Origin: Eledone cirrhosa
Lineage: Eukaryota
NCBI GenBank assembly: GCA_964016885.1
Contig: OZ024757.1
Coordinates: forward strand, 17,856,001 to 17,920,000
Length of the DNA stretch: 64,000 nt
Reading direction: 5' to 3'
Of this stretch, positions 12,486-23,159 are shown piece after piece. The notes under the pieces were generated by a model. It worked only from the letters and a program-made list of their open reading frames with translations. It had not been told where the DNA came from and ran no database searches. Within the stretch, counting starts at the first letter, position 1. Every line of letters starts with the position of its first letter. A program made the position numbers and the translations under genes.

Positions 12486-12671
12486 ATAATTGTTTCTACT
12501 TTAGGCACAAGGCCAGCAATTATCCAGTGCATTACTGGTACTATATTTTATCGACCCCATAAGGATGAAAGGCAAAGTCAACCTCGGCGGGATTTGAACT
12601 CAGATCGTAAAGGGACGTAACTATGCTGGAAAGCATGGCGTCCGACCCTCTACTGATACTGCCAATCCACC
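12486..12671 (-). mobile_element. SINE family A (part of a local duplication)
   Basis: Near-identical to 11241-11426, including ~155 bp of flank. Confidence 0.9.
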
Positions 12672-12688
12672 GCATAATATGAATATAT

Positions 12689-13589
12689 TGTGTATGAATA
12701 TAACAAGAGACGTGATTTGTGTGTATAATCTATATATATAAAGCTGTGGTTGTCTGTCTGTCTATCGATTTTTGGCACACATCTCTTAGAATCTCTGACG
12801 GAATTGCACCGAAATTGCTATACTTGTACATTGAGCCCTAGCGAAGACATCGGAAAAAAATATTTCAAATTGACCCACCCTATGTGACGAAATCGAATCT
12901 AATGTATTGATTTTTGAGCGTAAGTGACGAGTTATTTCCCTTTGTTCTGTTTACATTGAGCGTCTTACGTTGTTTTTCTCTGCGTTGCAGTGTTTACATT
13001 TTCGATCTTTGTTAATAAATAACCAGTGCAGTTTTTATCCCCAGCATCCTCTTTTGTTATAACATTCGGGTTATCGTTATGTTTTCTTAACTTCATAAGG
13101 CATATTGTTGGTTGAGGGAATATTAATCAAAAACACCACATGCAAGTCTGCACAGTAGACACTACAGTTTTTAAGCCAAAAAAGAAACTTAACATTGTAA
13201 CTTTAACACAGCTACTGAGCGACCCCGAGCAACGCCGGGCTTTACTGCTAGTATTTAATAAACAATTTGTGGTTATATAGAATAGTATAGTTGACATGTC
13301 AATTAATAGAAGAAAGAATGAAGTAAAGTCATTTGTTACCGTTTTGAAGTTAACTCGCAAGACGCCATGTTAGGGTTGCCAGACGAACGCGTCTGGCCAA
13401 AGGGCCAGGAGCCGAAAGGCAAATGAGAGAGAGATCGCTCTGAGTATCACTTTTATAGGGTCCAAGACGGAAGTGACCAAAAAGGGTTCTGGCACCCCAA
13501 CGGGAAGCAACTCCAGCTACTTCCTGTCTAGAGAGCGTTACTCTATTGGTGATGTGCTCGTCACACCAAGGGAGGCAACTCCTGCTACA
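12689..13589 (-). mobile_element. Diverged solo LTR related to 3474-3839, split by a Helitron
   Basis: Shares TGTATGAAT.TAACAA, TTGACATGTCAA, GTTACCGTTTTGA, TTTTATAGGG and the end AAGGGAG.CAAC..GCTACA. Confidence 0.8.
12729..13251 (+). mobile_element. Non-autonomous Helitron (523 bp)
   Basis: 5' TCTATATATATAAAGC; 3' hairpin CCCGAGC-AAC-GCCGGG followed by CTAG; inserted between A(12728) and T(13252) without a TSD; removing it restores the host LTR. Confidence 0.88.
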
Positions 13590-13651
13590 GAATCTTTGAG
13601 CATATTCTACAGTGGATATGGCGCATGTCTCTCAGACATCACATCCTTAAT

Positions 13652-13845
13652 TTAATTTTGGATATATATACATTCCTGAGATCCATGGACGAGTTCTCTC
13701 CAGCGGTCTCTGTCCCTCATTATCGCTGCCATGTCCCGCGTCTCCAACAGACCAGTGTCTGTCATTAGGGCATCAACATACGTTAACCTTGGTCTTCCTC
13801 TTCCAGTGTGTCCATGTAGGGGCTCCCACAAGAGAACTGAGTGCA
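13652..13845 (-). mobile_element. RTE-clade LINE 3' fragment
   Basis: LLWEPLHGHTGRGRPRLTYVDAL...MRDRDRWRELV, a typical RTE ORF C-terminus. Confidence 0.75.
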
Positions 13846-15572
13846 ATGTCGCTGTGCATGGCAGCAATCCAGCCTCTGAAGACAGGCCCAAAGCCAGCTG
13901 CTCTTAGGACTGCCGCCAGATAACGATGGTCGACCCTATCGAAAGCTTTCGACTGATCTAAATTGATCAGGACGCTACCCATGCCAGGTTCTCTAGCTAC
14001 CCTCTCTACGATGTATCGCATGAGGTGGAAGTTGTCGTGGATGGATCTGTCTGGAATGGCGCATGTTTGTGCCTCTCCCACCAGACCACCAACGACAAGC
14101 GCCAACCTATTTGCGAGCACCTTAGCTAAAATCTTGAAGTATCTGTTTAGCAGAGTTATGGGCCTGAACTTATCTATGTTACCCCTCTTGTTCGGATCCT
14201 TTCTCAGCAGCGCCACCGCTCCTCGGCTCACAGAGCTGGCAATTCTCCCGTTCTGCTGCCAGTTGCAGTAGACGTCTGCCAAGAGGTCTTCGAACAAGTC
14301 TGGCATATGTACGTAAAGTTCGTAGGGCAGACCATCCAAACCAAGCGATTTACCCATTGTGCAGCTAGTCATTGCCTCCCGTACTTCAGCAGCTGTTATT
14401 GGCCTTTCGCAACACTCCGCCTTAGTGGCCGAAAGCCGCGGCAGTCCGTCTAGGTAGGCACTGAAGTCCATTCTTCGATGTGGCCCGCAACTACCCCCGA
14501 ACAGCTGAGTAAAGTGCTGCTGAAAAGCTGCACCCATCTGCCAGGGATCGAGTATCATGCGCCCGTCGTGGTCCGCCAAAGACCGGATCGTGGCTTTGTT
14601 GCTACAACGCGCCTCCGCCACCTGGGCCCATTAAACGGCTTTCGTCCCCGCGTGTCTGAGAGCACGCACCCTAGCTCTGACAACGCAGCCTTCGTACTTA
14701 GCGTTGAAAAATTGGTCGAGAGCCAATTTCGCCGCAAGCACGTCGGTCGCGATGCCTTTACTAAGCGCCTCGTCTATTTTGCTAACTAGATTTCCTTCTG
14801 CTCTATTTTTCTCTGTTACTAACGCTTTACTAAAACTAATGGACTCTATTCTAATCGTTCTTTTCAGGGCAAACCACCATTTGTTGTTGACGATGGCCCC
14901 TGTCAACGCCCACTTAACTAATTCGCTAATCCGGTCCCTGTAAGCTTTGCGCGCTGTTAAACAACACGTTTAGTTTCCAGTAGCCCGGTCCCTGTCTATG
15001 AAGCCTATCTAAGTCAACCACACAGATCACGAATTTGTGGTCCGTGTAGCCGACTATCTTGAATTGTGGACAGCCTATGCTAGAGCTATCTATTTCCCTA
15101 CAAAATACCCTATCTAGATATGATCTGGATGACCCGATACGGTTTGTCCAAGTCCACATTGGCACATTCGTGAAATCCAACCGGTACCTGTCAGACAGTT
15201 GAAAACGCCTGAGCAGGTTTGTGAGGCTTTTACACCCTCCTCCCCTATCCGCTTATCCCACACAGTCCCAGCGTGCATGTTATATCCCGTTCCAGTCGCC
15301 CACTAACACTAGAGAACGGGACGTTCCAAGAAAGGTCTCCAGACGCCGAAAGAATTTAGGCCGTCCTGCTCCTGTTGGGGCATAGACGGCCACTAGCCTG
15401 AAAGCTTGTCCTTCTCCGCTGGTCACGTCCAGCACCACCAACCTACCTTCTGGGTCGAGATCCAAACTTCTCCGGAACAACATGGCCACTCCACCCCCCC
15501 AGATCCGGGACGTCTTGGAGATGTGTACACCTCGTAGCCGCCGAAAATGGGTATGAATGCCCATGCCTCGGA
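13846..15572 (-). mobile_element. Tx1/L1-clade LINE ORF2 fragment (APE endonuclease + RT N-terminus), frameshifted
   Basis: VYAP, VGDWN, SYLDRV, TDH, GPGYWKLN, GLDGLPYELY, FRPITLLN..KILAKVLANRL and LDQSKAFDRVDH spread over several frames. Confidence 0.92.
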
Positions 15573-15573
15573 G

Positions 15574-15624
<51 letters not shown>

Positions 15625-16108
15625 CTTTATGTGTGTGTGTGTGTGTGTACAAAACGTAAAGAGAAACAATGAAACACACAACGCAGTGCAATGAAGAAAT
15701 ATAGTTTAATTCTTGATATAGCAGGAAAGTGTCTTTATGTTTCGGACAATAGTGTATCATATGCATATTAAATGTCTTTAATTAGGTCTGCCTTAAAATT
15801 TATGAATATTAATTTTTAACAATTGGCAGCAGATTTGATCTCAGCTTTTGTTTTCAGTTTCTACTTAGAATGTATTGATAAATAATTGTTTCTACTTTTG
15901 GCACAAGGTCAGCAATAAAGTACGGAGAGCTGAAATGAGTGCATGCAAGATTTCACAACATTAATATCACTCCTTCATAGTGATCCCATGACCCTTTCAG
16001 CCTATCCAGAGGTCATAGCATACTAGGGAGGGGGAGGGGAAGAAGTCGAAACAGTCCAGAATTAGCCGTCGAAACGGCTTGAGCTCAGCCGTCAGGGTCC
16101 TACTCGTT

Positions 16109-16160
<52 letters not shown>

Positions 16161-16164
<4 letters not shown>

Positions 16165-16702
16165 TGTAAAAACAACAAAAGACCGGACTGGAAAGAACCT
16201 TTAAAGTTTGAACTTTTCAAAAACACTATATGTATTTTAATGGCACAGTTTCAACATCCGATCATGATGTGATTTAATCGGCTATTGATTGCAAAATTAG
16301 TATATAAGATAACATGATTCGGTGGCGGTTTTTCGTTACAATAACACCGAATTGGCGAGCCATCCCGTAACCAAATCTATCCTCTATTCAATGTTTGTGT
16401 TCATTGAAATCCTGTTATCTTATATAACTAATCCTGCAAACAACACCTGATGAAATCGCCTAAACCTTGCATCATGATGAGATGATGAAACTGGTCCATT
16501 GAAATACGTGGTGTTTTCGCAAAATAAAAACTTTAAAGAATATTTCCAGTCCGGCCTTCTGTTGTTTTTAATGAATATTTAACTCCATTGCTGAACCAGC
16601 CACGGGTTTCCACATCTGCGATGGATGATTTGCTAAAAGACAAGTGTTTTATTGCATCATCGTTCACTAACCGGGATCACCAGTTCTACCCATTGGTAAA
16701 CA
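16161..16702. mobile_element. Degenerate fold-back element between (TA)n tracts
   Basis: 16161-16320 is an inverted copy of ~16407-16575; CTGATGA...GAAAC at 16448-16492. Confidence 0.6.
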
Positions 16703-16765
16703 ATATAACATAAATGGTATATAAATATATATATATATATATGAACTTTTCAGCTGACCCTTGTA

Positions 16766-18809
16766 TTAATTGTTTTTGGCACAGTAACAATAAGGCCGTA
16801 GTTTATGTAACTCAATGCAATTTGCGTCAGCGCCATATTTATTAGTCCGACTAATAACACCAACAATTACAAACGTTTCCTCTTCTATATAATGGCGAAA
16901 AGTTGCTTCAAACAGCCCTTTTCCTGGAGTTGTCTGAATGGTTAACTGATAATCAATATGACGTTTTTCTGCTAAATCACCATAGGCCACGTGCCTATCG
17001 ATAACGTCGTTCTGACTGTATTTAAACCGCAGCACCTCATCGTTTGCTTTGATCATGGATGCAGCTATAATTTTCTCCAATTCAACCGTCGAACATAGGT
17101 TTCTATACTTTGATGTTAAACTGTTAATTTTTATTATCAATAGCCGACTAATATTAATAATTTTATTATCTGTAGCTTTTAGTGCTACAGATTGATGACA
17201 AGTACACCAGTGAGTTAAAATAGTTGCACTTTTACAAGTCCGTTCGTCTGGTACTTGCGAAAACAAGCTAATACTTTTCATGGATTTTGGAAAATGATTT
17301 CTCGCTTGAGAATATTTAATATTGGCTTCGTCTATATTGAGGGCATCAACCAATGTTTCATAGATGTCAAAGGGCGTTGTGAGGCGGTGGGAATTGATTT
17401 TCATGTTATTTAAAAGGTTTGGGAAGCGTTTTTTGAAGAATGCAGGTGGAATAAGAAACATAAAAGGCAATCTTTCTTCGAGTTTTCCTACGTACGTTTC
17501 GCGGTAGGAACCGAATCGGATGCCGTGATCAGAAAAGAATATAACAAAGGTGTTCTCCAGAAGTTGCTGATCGTTTAAATTTTTGAAAAACTGAAAATAA
17601 TCTTCATCTCCGATCCCTGCTCTGTTGATGTCGTCGTGAGTGAGACGGGAAATAAAAGATAAGCTAAAATACGGTGTATCCTTATAGACCCTTGCAAAGT
17701 CATTTGTGTAATGGAGAACCATAGATGTTTCCGACCGATCACGAAAGCAGTGTTCCGACCAGAGGGATGTTTCTTTCTCCATTGCCAAGGCAAAGGGTCT
17801 ATAATAATGGTCAGTTGGTTGCTGTTTGAAACCAAATTTTAAATAATTAAATGTTGCCACAGGAGGACAATCTTCTGCGAACAATGTTGTATATCCGCGA
17901 TTCTTATACACCTTCCAGAGAAAATTGTATTTATCTAATGGTAAATCTTTCAGAGTTTCGTTCCATGGAAGCTCTTCTAGATACTTCCCAGTAAGTATAG
18001 GAACCAAGTTCACGAAAGTGTTATCCGCAACTTTATTGTAGCCGAGCATTTCAATGGCGCCCATTTTTAATATATAACGATATGTCTTTTGCATTTGCCG
18101 TAAAAAATTTAAGCGTGACATAGAATCAATACCAACCAGAATAATATTAAGGGGGTTCTTTACAAACAGTTTTGTCACATCCGGTTTCATGGTGGTCGGT
18201 GAAGTAGACCCAGTAGTTTTGTTGGCTTTCTTGTCAATATTTCTTTCAATTTTGGGGTCTGATTTGCCAAATTTCTTATGAACGAACGCATGAAAATTTG
18301 AATAGATCCGTTTATTTTTGTAGTCATAACATTCTACTTTCATAAATTCGTCTTTTATTTTTATGTCGTTGTTAAACTGTATACGAGGAGGAAGATATAT
18401 AAACGAATCATCATTTTTATCCAATCGACGAATTGGAAACACTTTACAAATATTGAAGTTTCCTGCGTACGTATTATTTATCAAAGAATGATTTAGTCTC
18501 AAGGTTAAACCTTGTTGATAAGTGAGAGAATAGCGTTCAGTACACGGCTGCCATGTACTGACCGTGAAGAACTTTTTCACTGATGGTTCAAAAGGGTCTA
18601 TGTCAGGCATATGGCAAAATTTGGTGTTTATTAGAAATCTGGTCAACTTTATATTTGATTTGATTGTTAGAGAAGGTGTAGTAAAAAAGTCTATTGAAGA
18701 TCTCGTCCATTGAAATTGGCGCAACAGCAGTATAACACCACAAAGTAGAAGAAAGACGAATGCGGAATATCGAATACGGCAGCGGCATGACAAGTTGTTT
18801 GAGAAAACT
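16766..18809 (-). CDS. DUF229-family protein, paralogue B (large coding exon; start codon on an upstream exon)
   Basis: Uninterrupted ORF with the same motifs (GIDSMSRLNF, GYNKVADNT, THDD, FFSDHGIRFG, LEERLP, HWCTC). The track start at 18793 is TTG and there is no ATG before the TM segment; acceptor TTTTCCATTTTATTTGCAG ends at 18810. Confidence 0.92.
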
Positions 18810-19639
18810 CTGCAAATAAAATGGAAAACTATAAACAGATCGAATAAACAATACTTTAAATATTACACTTTACATATCTGTACAATTGTTTTAATGCATA
18901 TAATACCTCGTGTATAGAAAATCTTATTTTAAGAGGTTTGGCAGAAACGTTCATAAGATGACCAAGATACTCTCATAAGGTTTTATTTTTCAACATAGTC
19001 CCTGGAAAGGAACAATGCAATTATTAATAAGAAGAGCTCAAATTAATGCATGCAAGATTTCACAGCTCTCGCATCACTCCTTCATAGTCAGCTTATGAAC
19101 TTTTCTGCCTATCCTCGTATATATTTTGGAAACGAAACTTCGTTATAACGAGAACATCTCGGTCAAAAGGAAGCATCCTTGTTACGTGGCTGTCCAGCCA
19201 TTCTAATATTTGAAGCTCTCCATAAGAAACAAACTCAGTACAGGAGATGGGAGTTAATTTATGCTAATGACTGTCCCCTAACCTATATGTGAAGGCCTTC
19301 ATGATTCAACAGAACTGTAACTTCATACAGAGAAATGAAATACCAGTCCATTTATTCTCCCTTCTCTTTGTTTCTCGGAATCGGCTTCGTGAAAAGTCCG
19401 AGAAAGGAGCGTTTACACAATTTCCCCAACAGCCATTTTCTCCCAACATTTGTGAACTCGAAAAGAAATGTTTTAGAGCGAATTTCAGAAAACAAATGAA
19501 TCGAAGCGCGAGATTTAAAGATTTTCAATGCTTCGTAAATTGAAAGTAAATTAGACAAAACTTGATACCATATATTTATTTATTTATAAAAATTAAATAT
19601 AACAGACCCAGTTCACCTACATTTTCTCGCTGAAAGCCA

Positions 19640-20010
19640 ACTAAACATGTGCATCGGCACTGCTTGGAATGTCTTGGATAAACTGAAGACAGTTTGGAAA
19701 TCTAAGGTGACAAATGCGAATTTTTCCAAGTGACAATAGTGTCAGTCCTGTTTTACAGGTGTACGATGGTGATAGTCCTGTTGTACAGGTGTACACTGGT
19801 GGTAGTCCTGTTGTACAGGTGTACGATGGTGATATTCCTGTTGTACAGCTGTACAATAGAGTCAGTCCTGTTGTACAGCTGTACAATAGAGTCAGTACAG
19901 GTGTACAGGTGTACAAAGTGGATACACACTAATCGACTCGAGAAAACACTTGATGGAACCTACACAAGAATCTTCAGCGTTGCTTTAAGCATATCTTGGA
20001 AGCAGCAACT
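19640..20010 (+). mobile_element. RTE-clade LINE fragment with internal 30-bp minisatellite (19735-19915)
   Basis: AWNVLDKLKTVWKS...IESVLLYSC...LEKTLDGTYTRIFSVALSISWKQ; the 30-bp repeat is in frame. Confidence 0.8.
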
Positions 20011-20311
20011 ACCTGTAATATCTCATACCAACTACCTGTAATATTTATATATCTCATACCATTTACCTGTAATATCTTATACCATCTTTACAGCCATTTA
20101 CCTGTAATATCCCATATCTTTACAACTCTCTACCTGTAATATCTCATATCTTTACAAGCACCTACCTGTAATCTGTAAGTGTACATCCTAATTTCTTAGG
20201 ATTGTGTCTTAATAATACAGACTTAATTAAATTATTGAGTGAGAAAACAACTGAATCTGTGTTAGTTTTATTTGATAAGCTTAGTTTTATTATTATTTTA
20301 AACCCCAGGGT

Positions 20312-20498
20312 GGCGGATTGGCAGTATCGGTAGAAGGTCGGACGCCATGCTTTGCAGCACAGTTACGTCCCTTTACGGACTGAGTTCAAATCCCGCCGAG
20401 GTTAACTTTGCCTTTCATCCTTACGGGATCGATAAAATAAAGTACCAGTAATACACTGGGATAATTGCTGGCCTTGTACCAAAAGTAGAAACAATTAT
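20312..20498 (+). mobile_element. SINE family A, plus a partial copy at 20509-20606
   Basis: Family consensus; TTATTATTTTAAAC on both flanks. Confidence 0.88.
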
Positions 20499-21058
20499 TA
20501 TTTTAAACTCCCGGCGATGTTAACTTTGCCTTTCTTCCTTGCGGGGTAGATAAAATGAAGTACCAGTAATGCACTGGTGTAGTTGCTGGCCTTGTGCCAA
20601 AAGTAGATTAACCCGCATTACTATTGTAAGTTGAACATTTTTATTTTGTTTATTATAGTTCGATTTATTTATTTATTGTTTGCAACTGTGTCTGTGCTTT
20701 CCCTGTAGAAGCCCCTGGTTGAGTGCTTCAGGTCTGTTCATTTTCTCAATTTGAATAAGTGCCAACGTGTTCCATATGTCAAAACTGGCTTACCTCCTCT
20801 TTGATGTGAAGTCACTTGTAACTGAATGTCTAGATTACTTCTACACTAGCCGATGTCCATATATGTACATACATACATATACCAACTCACTTAGACCAAA
20901 GTATAACTGAACTCGGATTTGTGGACAAAGAGCGCAGCTCCCTAATTCATAGACTACAAGTGGCTGCGATAGCTGGCACCTTCAAAATTGTCCATGTGCA
21001 TGTCTCTTCCACGTTTTCTGTTTGCTATAATAATTCTCCCAGGTGTTTTCTAAAATCT

Positions 21059-21090
21059 TACACACACACATATATGCACACACACACACA

Positions 21091-21174
<84 letters not shown>
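21059..21174. repeat. (CA)n microsatellite
   Basis: Visible directly. Confidence 0.95.
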
Positions 21175-21178
<4 letters not shown>

Positions 21179-21321
21179 GTAATCATAATAATATTTATAC
21201 TTAAATATGTTTAATATACAAATATAAATATGGAGGGTAGTACTAAGTACAAGCCGGTTACCTGTATGATAAAAGAGTCAATGCAAATTAGCAAGTGTAT
21301 TACAGAGCTGAGATACAAAGG

Positions 21322-22471
21322 GTTAAAACAATCAAATCTTAGTTTAATACATTTATTTTCTGACTATTGTTTCTTCCAGGGGGATGTTTGGATTCATCGG
21401 AGCATTGGGAATGTCTAAACAGGTTATTAAAATGCTAGTCTTCAGAACATTTAGGTAGATACATAACTGTTGTCAGTGTCCTAGACATCATGTAGAGAAT
21501 CTGGAGTTAAAAAAATGTTATGCTTTAGAGAACACAATTACAAGAAGCAATGGTGAAAAGTGCAAGAGGTACACGCAAAAAAAGTTACAAGCAAAGAAAA
21601 AATGTAAGATATCATAGCATTGGAGATCAGGTAACGTTAAGTGAATATAATGCAAGAGTCAATACAATCAATAAGGCATGTATGAGGTAAGGGTTATATT
21701 ACAGCTGAAATAAGCATATTTCGTGTAGAATGTAAAAGCATGTTACAAGTGTTAGAAATGTTTAAATTTTTTAAAATAGCGTGCTATATGGTAGGGAGAT
21801 ATGTGATGATAAAATAGGTATATGTTTTGTGAGATGTAATGCAAAGCACGTGACTGAATTAGATAGGTAATTTTCATTCAAGAAATTTTTATATTGGAGT
21901 TCGTATATCGATGTATATGTTGGGTGTAACTCAGATGTATTAACATAAAAAAAAAATTACATCCCAAACTAAGAAAATTCCATGGTTAATACATCTGAGT
22001 TACACCCAACATATACATCGATATACGATATATATGTTGGGTGTAACTCAGATGTATATATGCTTATTTCAGCTGTAATATAACCCTTACCTCATACTTA
22101 TTGATTGTATTGACTTTTGCATTATATACCCTTAACGTTACCTGATCTCCAATGCTATGATATCTTATGTCTATCCTATCTTACATTTTTTCTTGCTTGT
22201 AACTTTTTTGCTTGTACCTCTTGCACTTTTCACCATTGCTCCTTGTAATTGTGTTCTCTAAAGTATAACATTTTTTTAACTGCCGTTTCTCTACATGATG
22301 TCTAGGACACTGACAACAGTTATGTATCTACCTAAATGTTCTGAAGACTAGGATTTTAATCACCTGTTTAGACATTCCCAATGCTCCGTGCTCCGATGAT
22401 TCCAGTCATCCCTCTGGAAGAAACAATTGTCAGCAAATAAATGTATTAAACTAAGATTTGATTGTTTTAAC
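21322..22471. mobile_element. Large fold-back element (~400-bp inverted arms) with a hammerhead-like motif in each arm
   Basis: 21322-21718 is inverted at 22058-22471; the right arm has TGCT-CCGATGA-TTCCAG..CTGGAA-GAAA-CAATTGTC-AGCA; ends in (TA)n. Confidence 0.8.
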
Positions 22472-22530
<59 letters not shown>

Positions 22531-22538
<8 letters not shown>

Positions 22539-22716
22539 TGAGATTCTACAGGACTAGAACTGTTTCATTCTTTAGAAATCATCAGATTCCTGATGATTTC
22601 TAAAGACTGAAACAGTTCTAGTCCTGTAGAATCTCATCTATATTAAAACTTTTATACTCTGCAATGTATTGAGTACCTTACTTACTGTGGTTACCTCCGA
22701 TTCAACCCGGAATAAC

Positions 22717-22717
<1 letters not shown>
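22531..22717. mobile_element. Near-perfect palindrome plus tail, embedded in (TA)n
   Basis: 22531-22643 hairpin with ~55-bp arms folding at CATCAG-ATTC-CTGATG. Confidence 0.8.
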
Positions 22718-22797
<80 letters not shown>

Positions 22798-23159
22798 AAA
22801 TTCAGGACAAAAAGGCAAACGTAGAGAACAATTACATAAAATGTTGGAAAACAATATGCACCTGTGTGTGTGTGGTACCGAAATACGCATGTCGAATGTT
22901 TTGTGTTTTTATTTATATTATTTCTACTCTATGATAATTATCTGTCATCGATCAATCATGCAACTGCAGCACAGTAGTGTTTATTTTATTATTTTCATAG
23001 ATTTTGAGGCTGATTATTTTCAAAGTTATCGTAATATATTGATCTTAAAGTATATTCTTTGTTCTTGAAAAGAGAAAATAGACAGAAAAATCGTTAGAAG
23101 AAAAGAAAGAAAACAGTTGTTAAAACATTGTCTTGAAGACATGTGGTTTAGTAGATTGA

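Noticed and set aside
6273-18793. Identical 675-aa length of both DUF229 ORFs, and horizontal transfer suggested by intronless ORFs
   Set aside because: Equal length is coincidental because B's listed start is TTG and the proteins have indels; DUF229 is a normal invertebrate family and splice acceptors are present.
18603-18851. 82-aa overlapping ORF at the start of paralogue B
   Set aside because: Alternative frame without recognisable features; at most a uORF extension.
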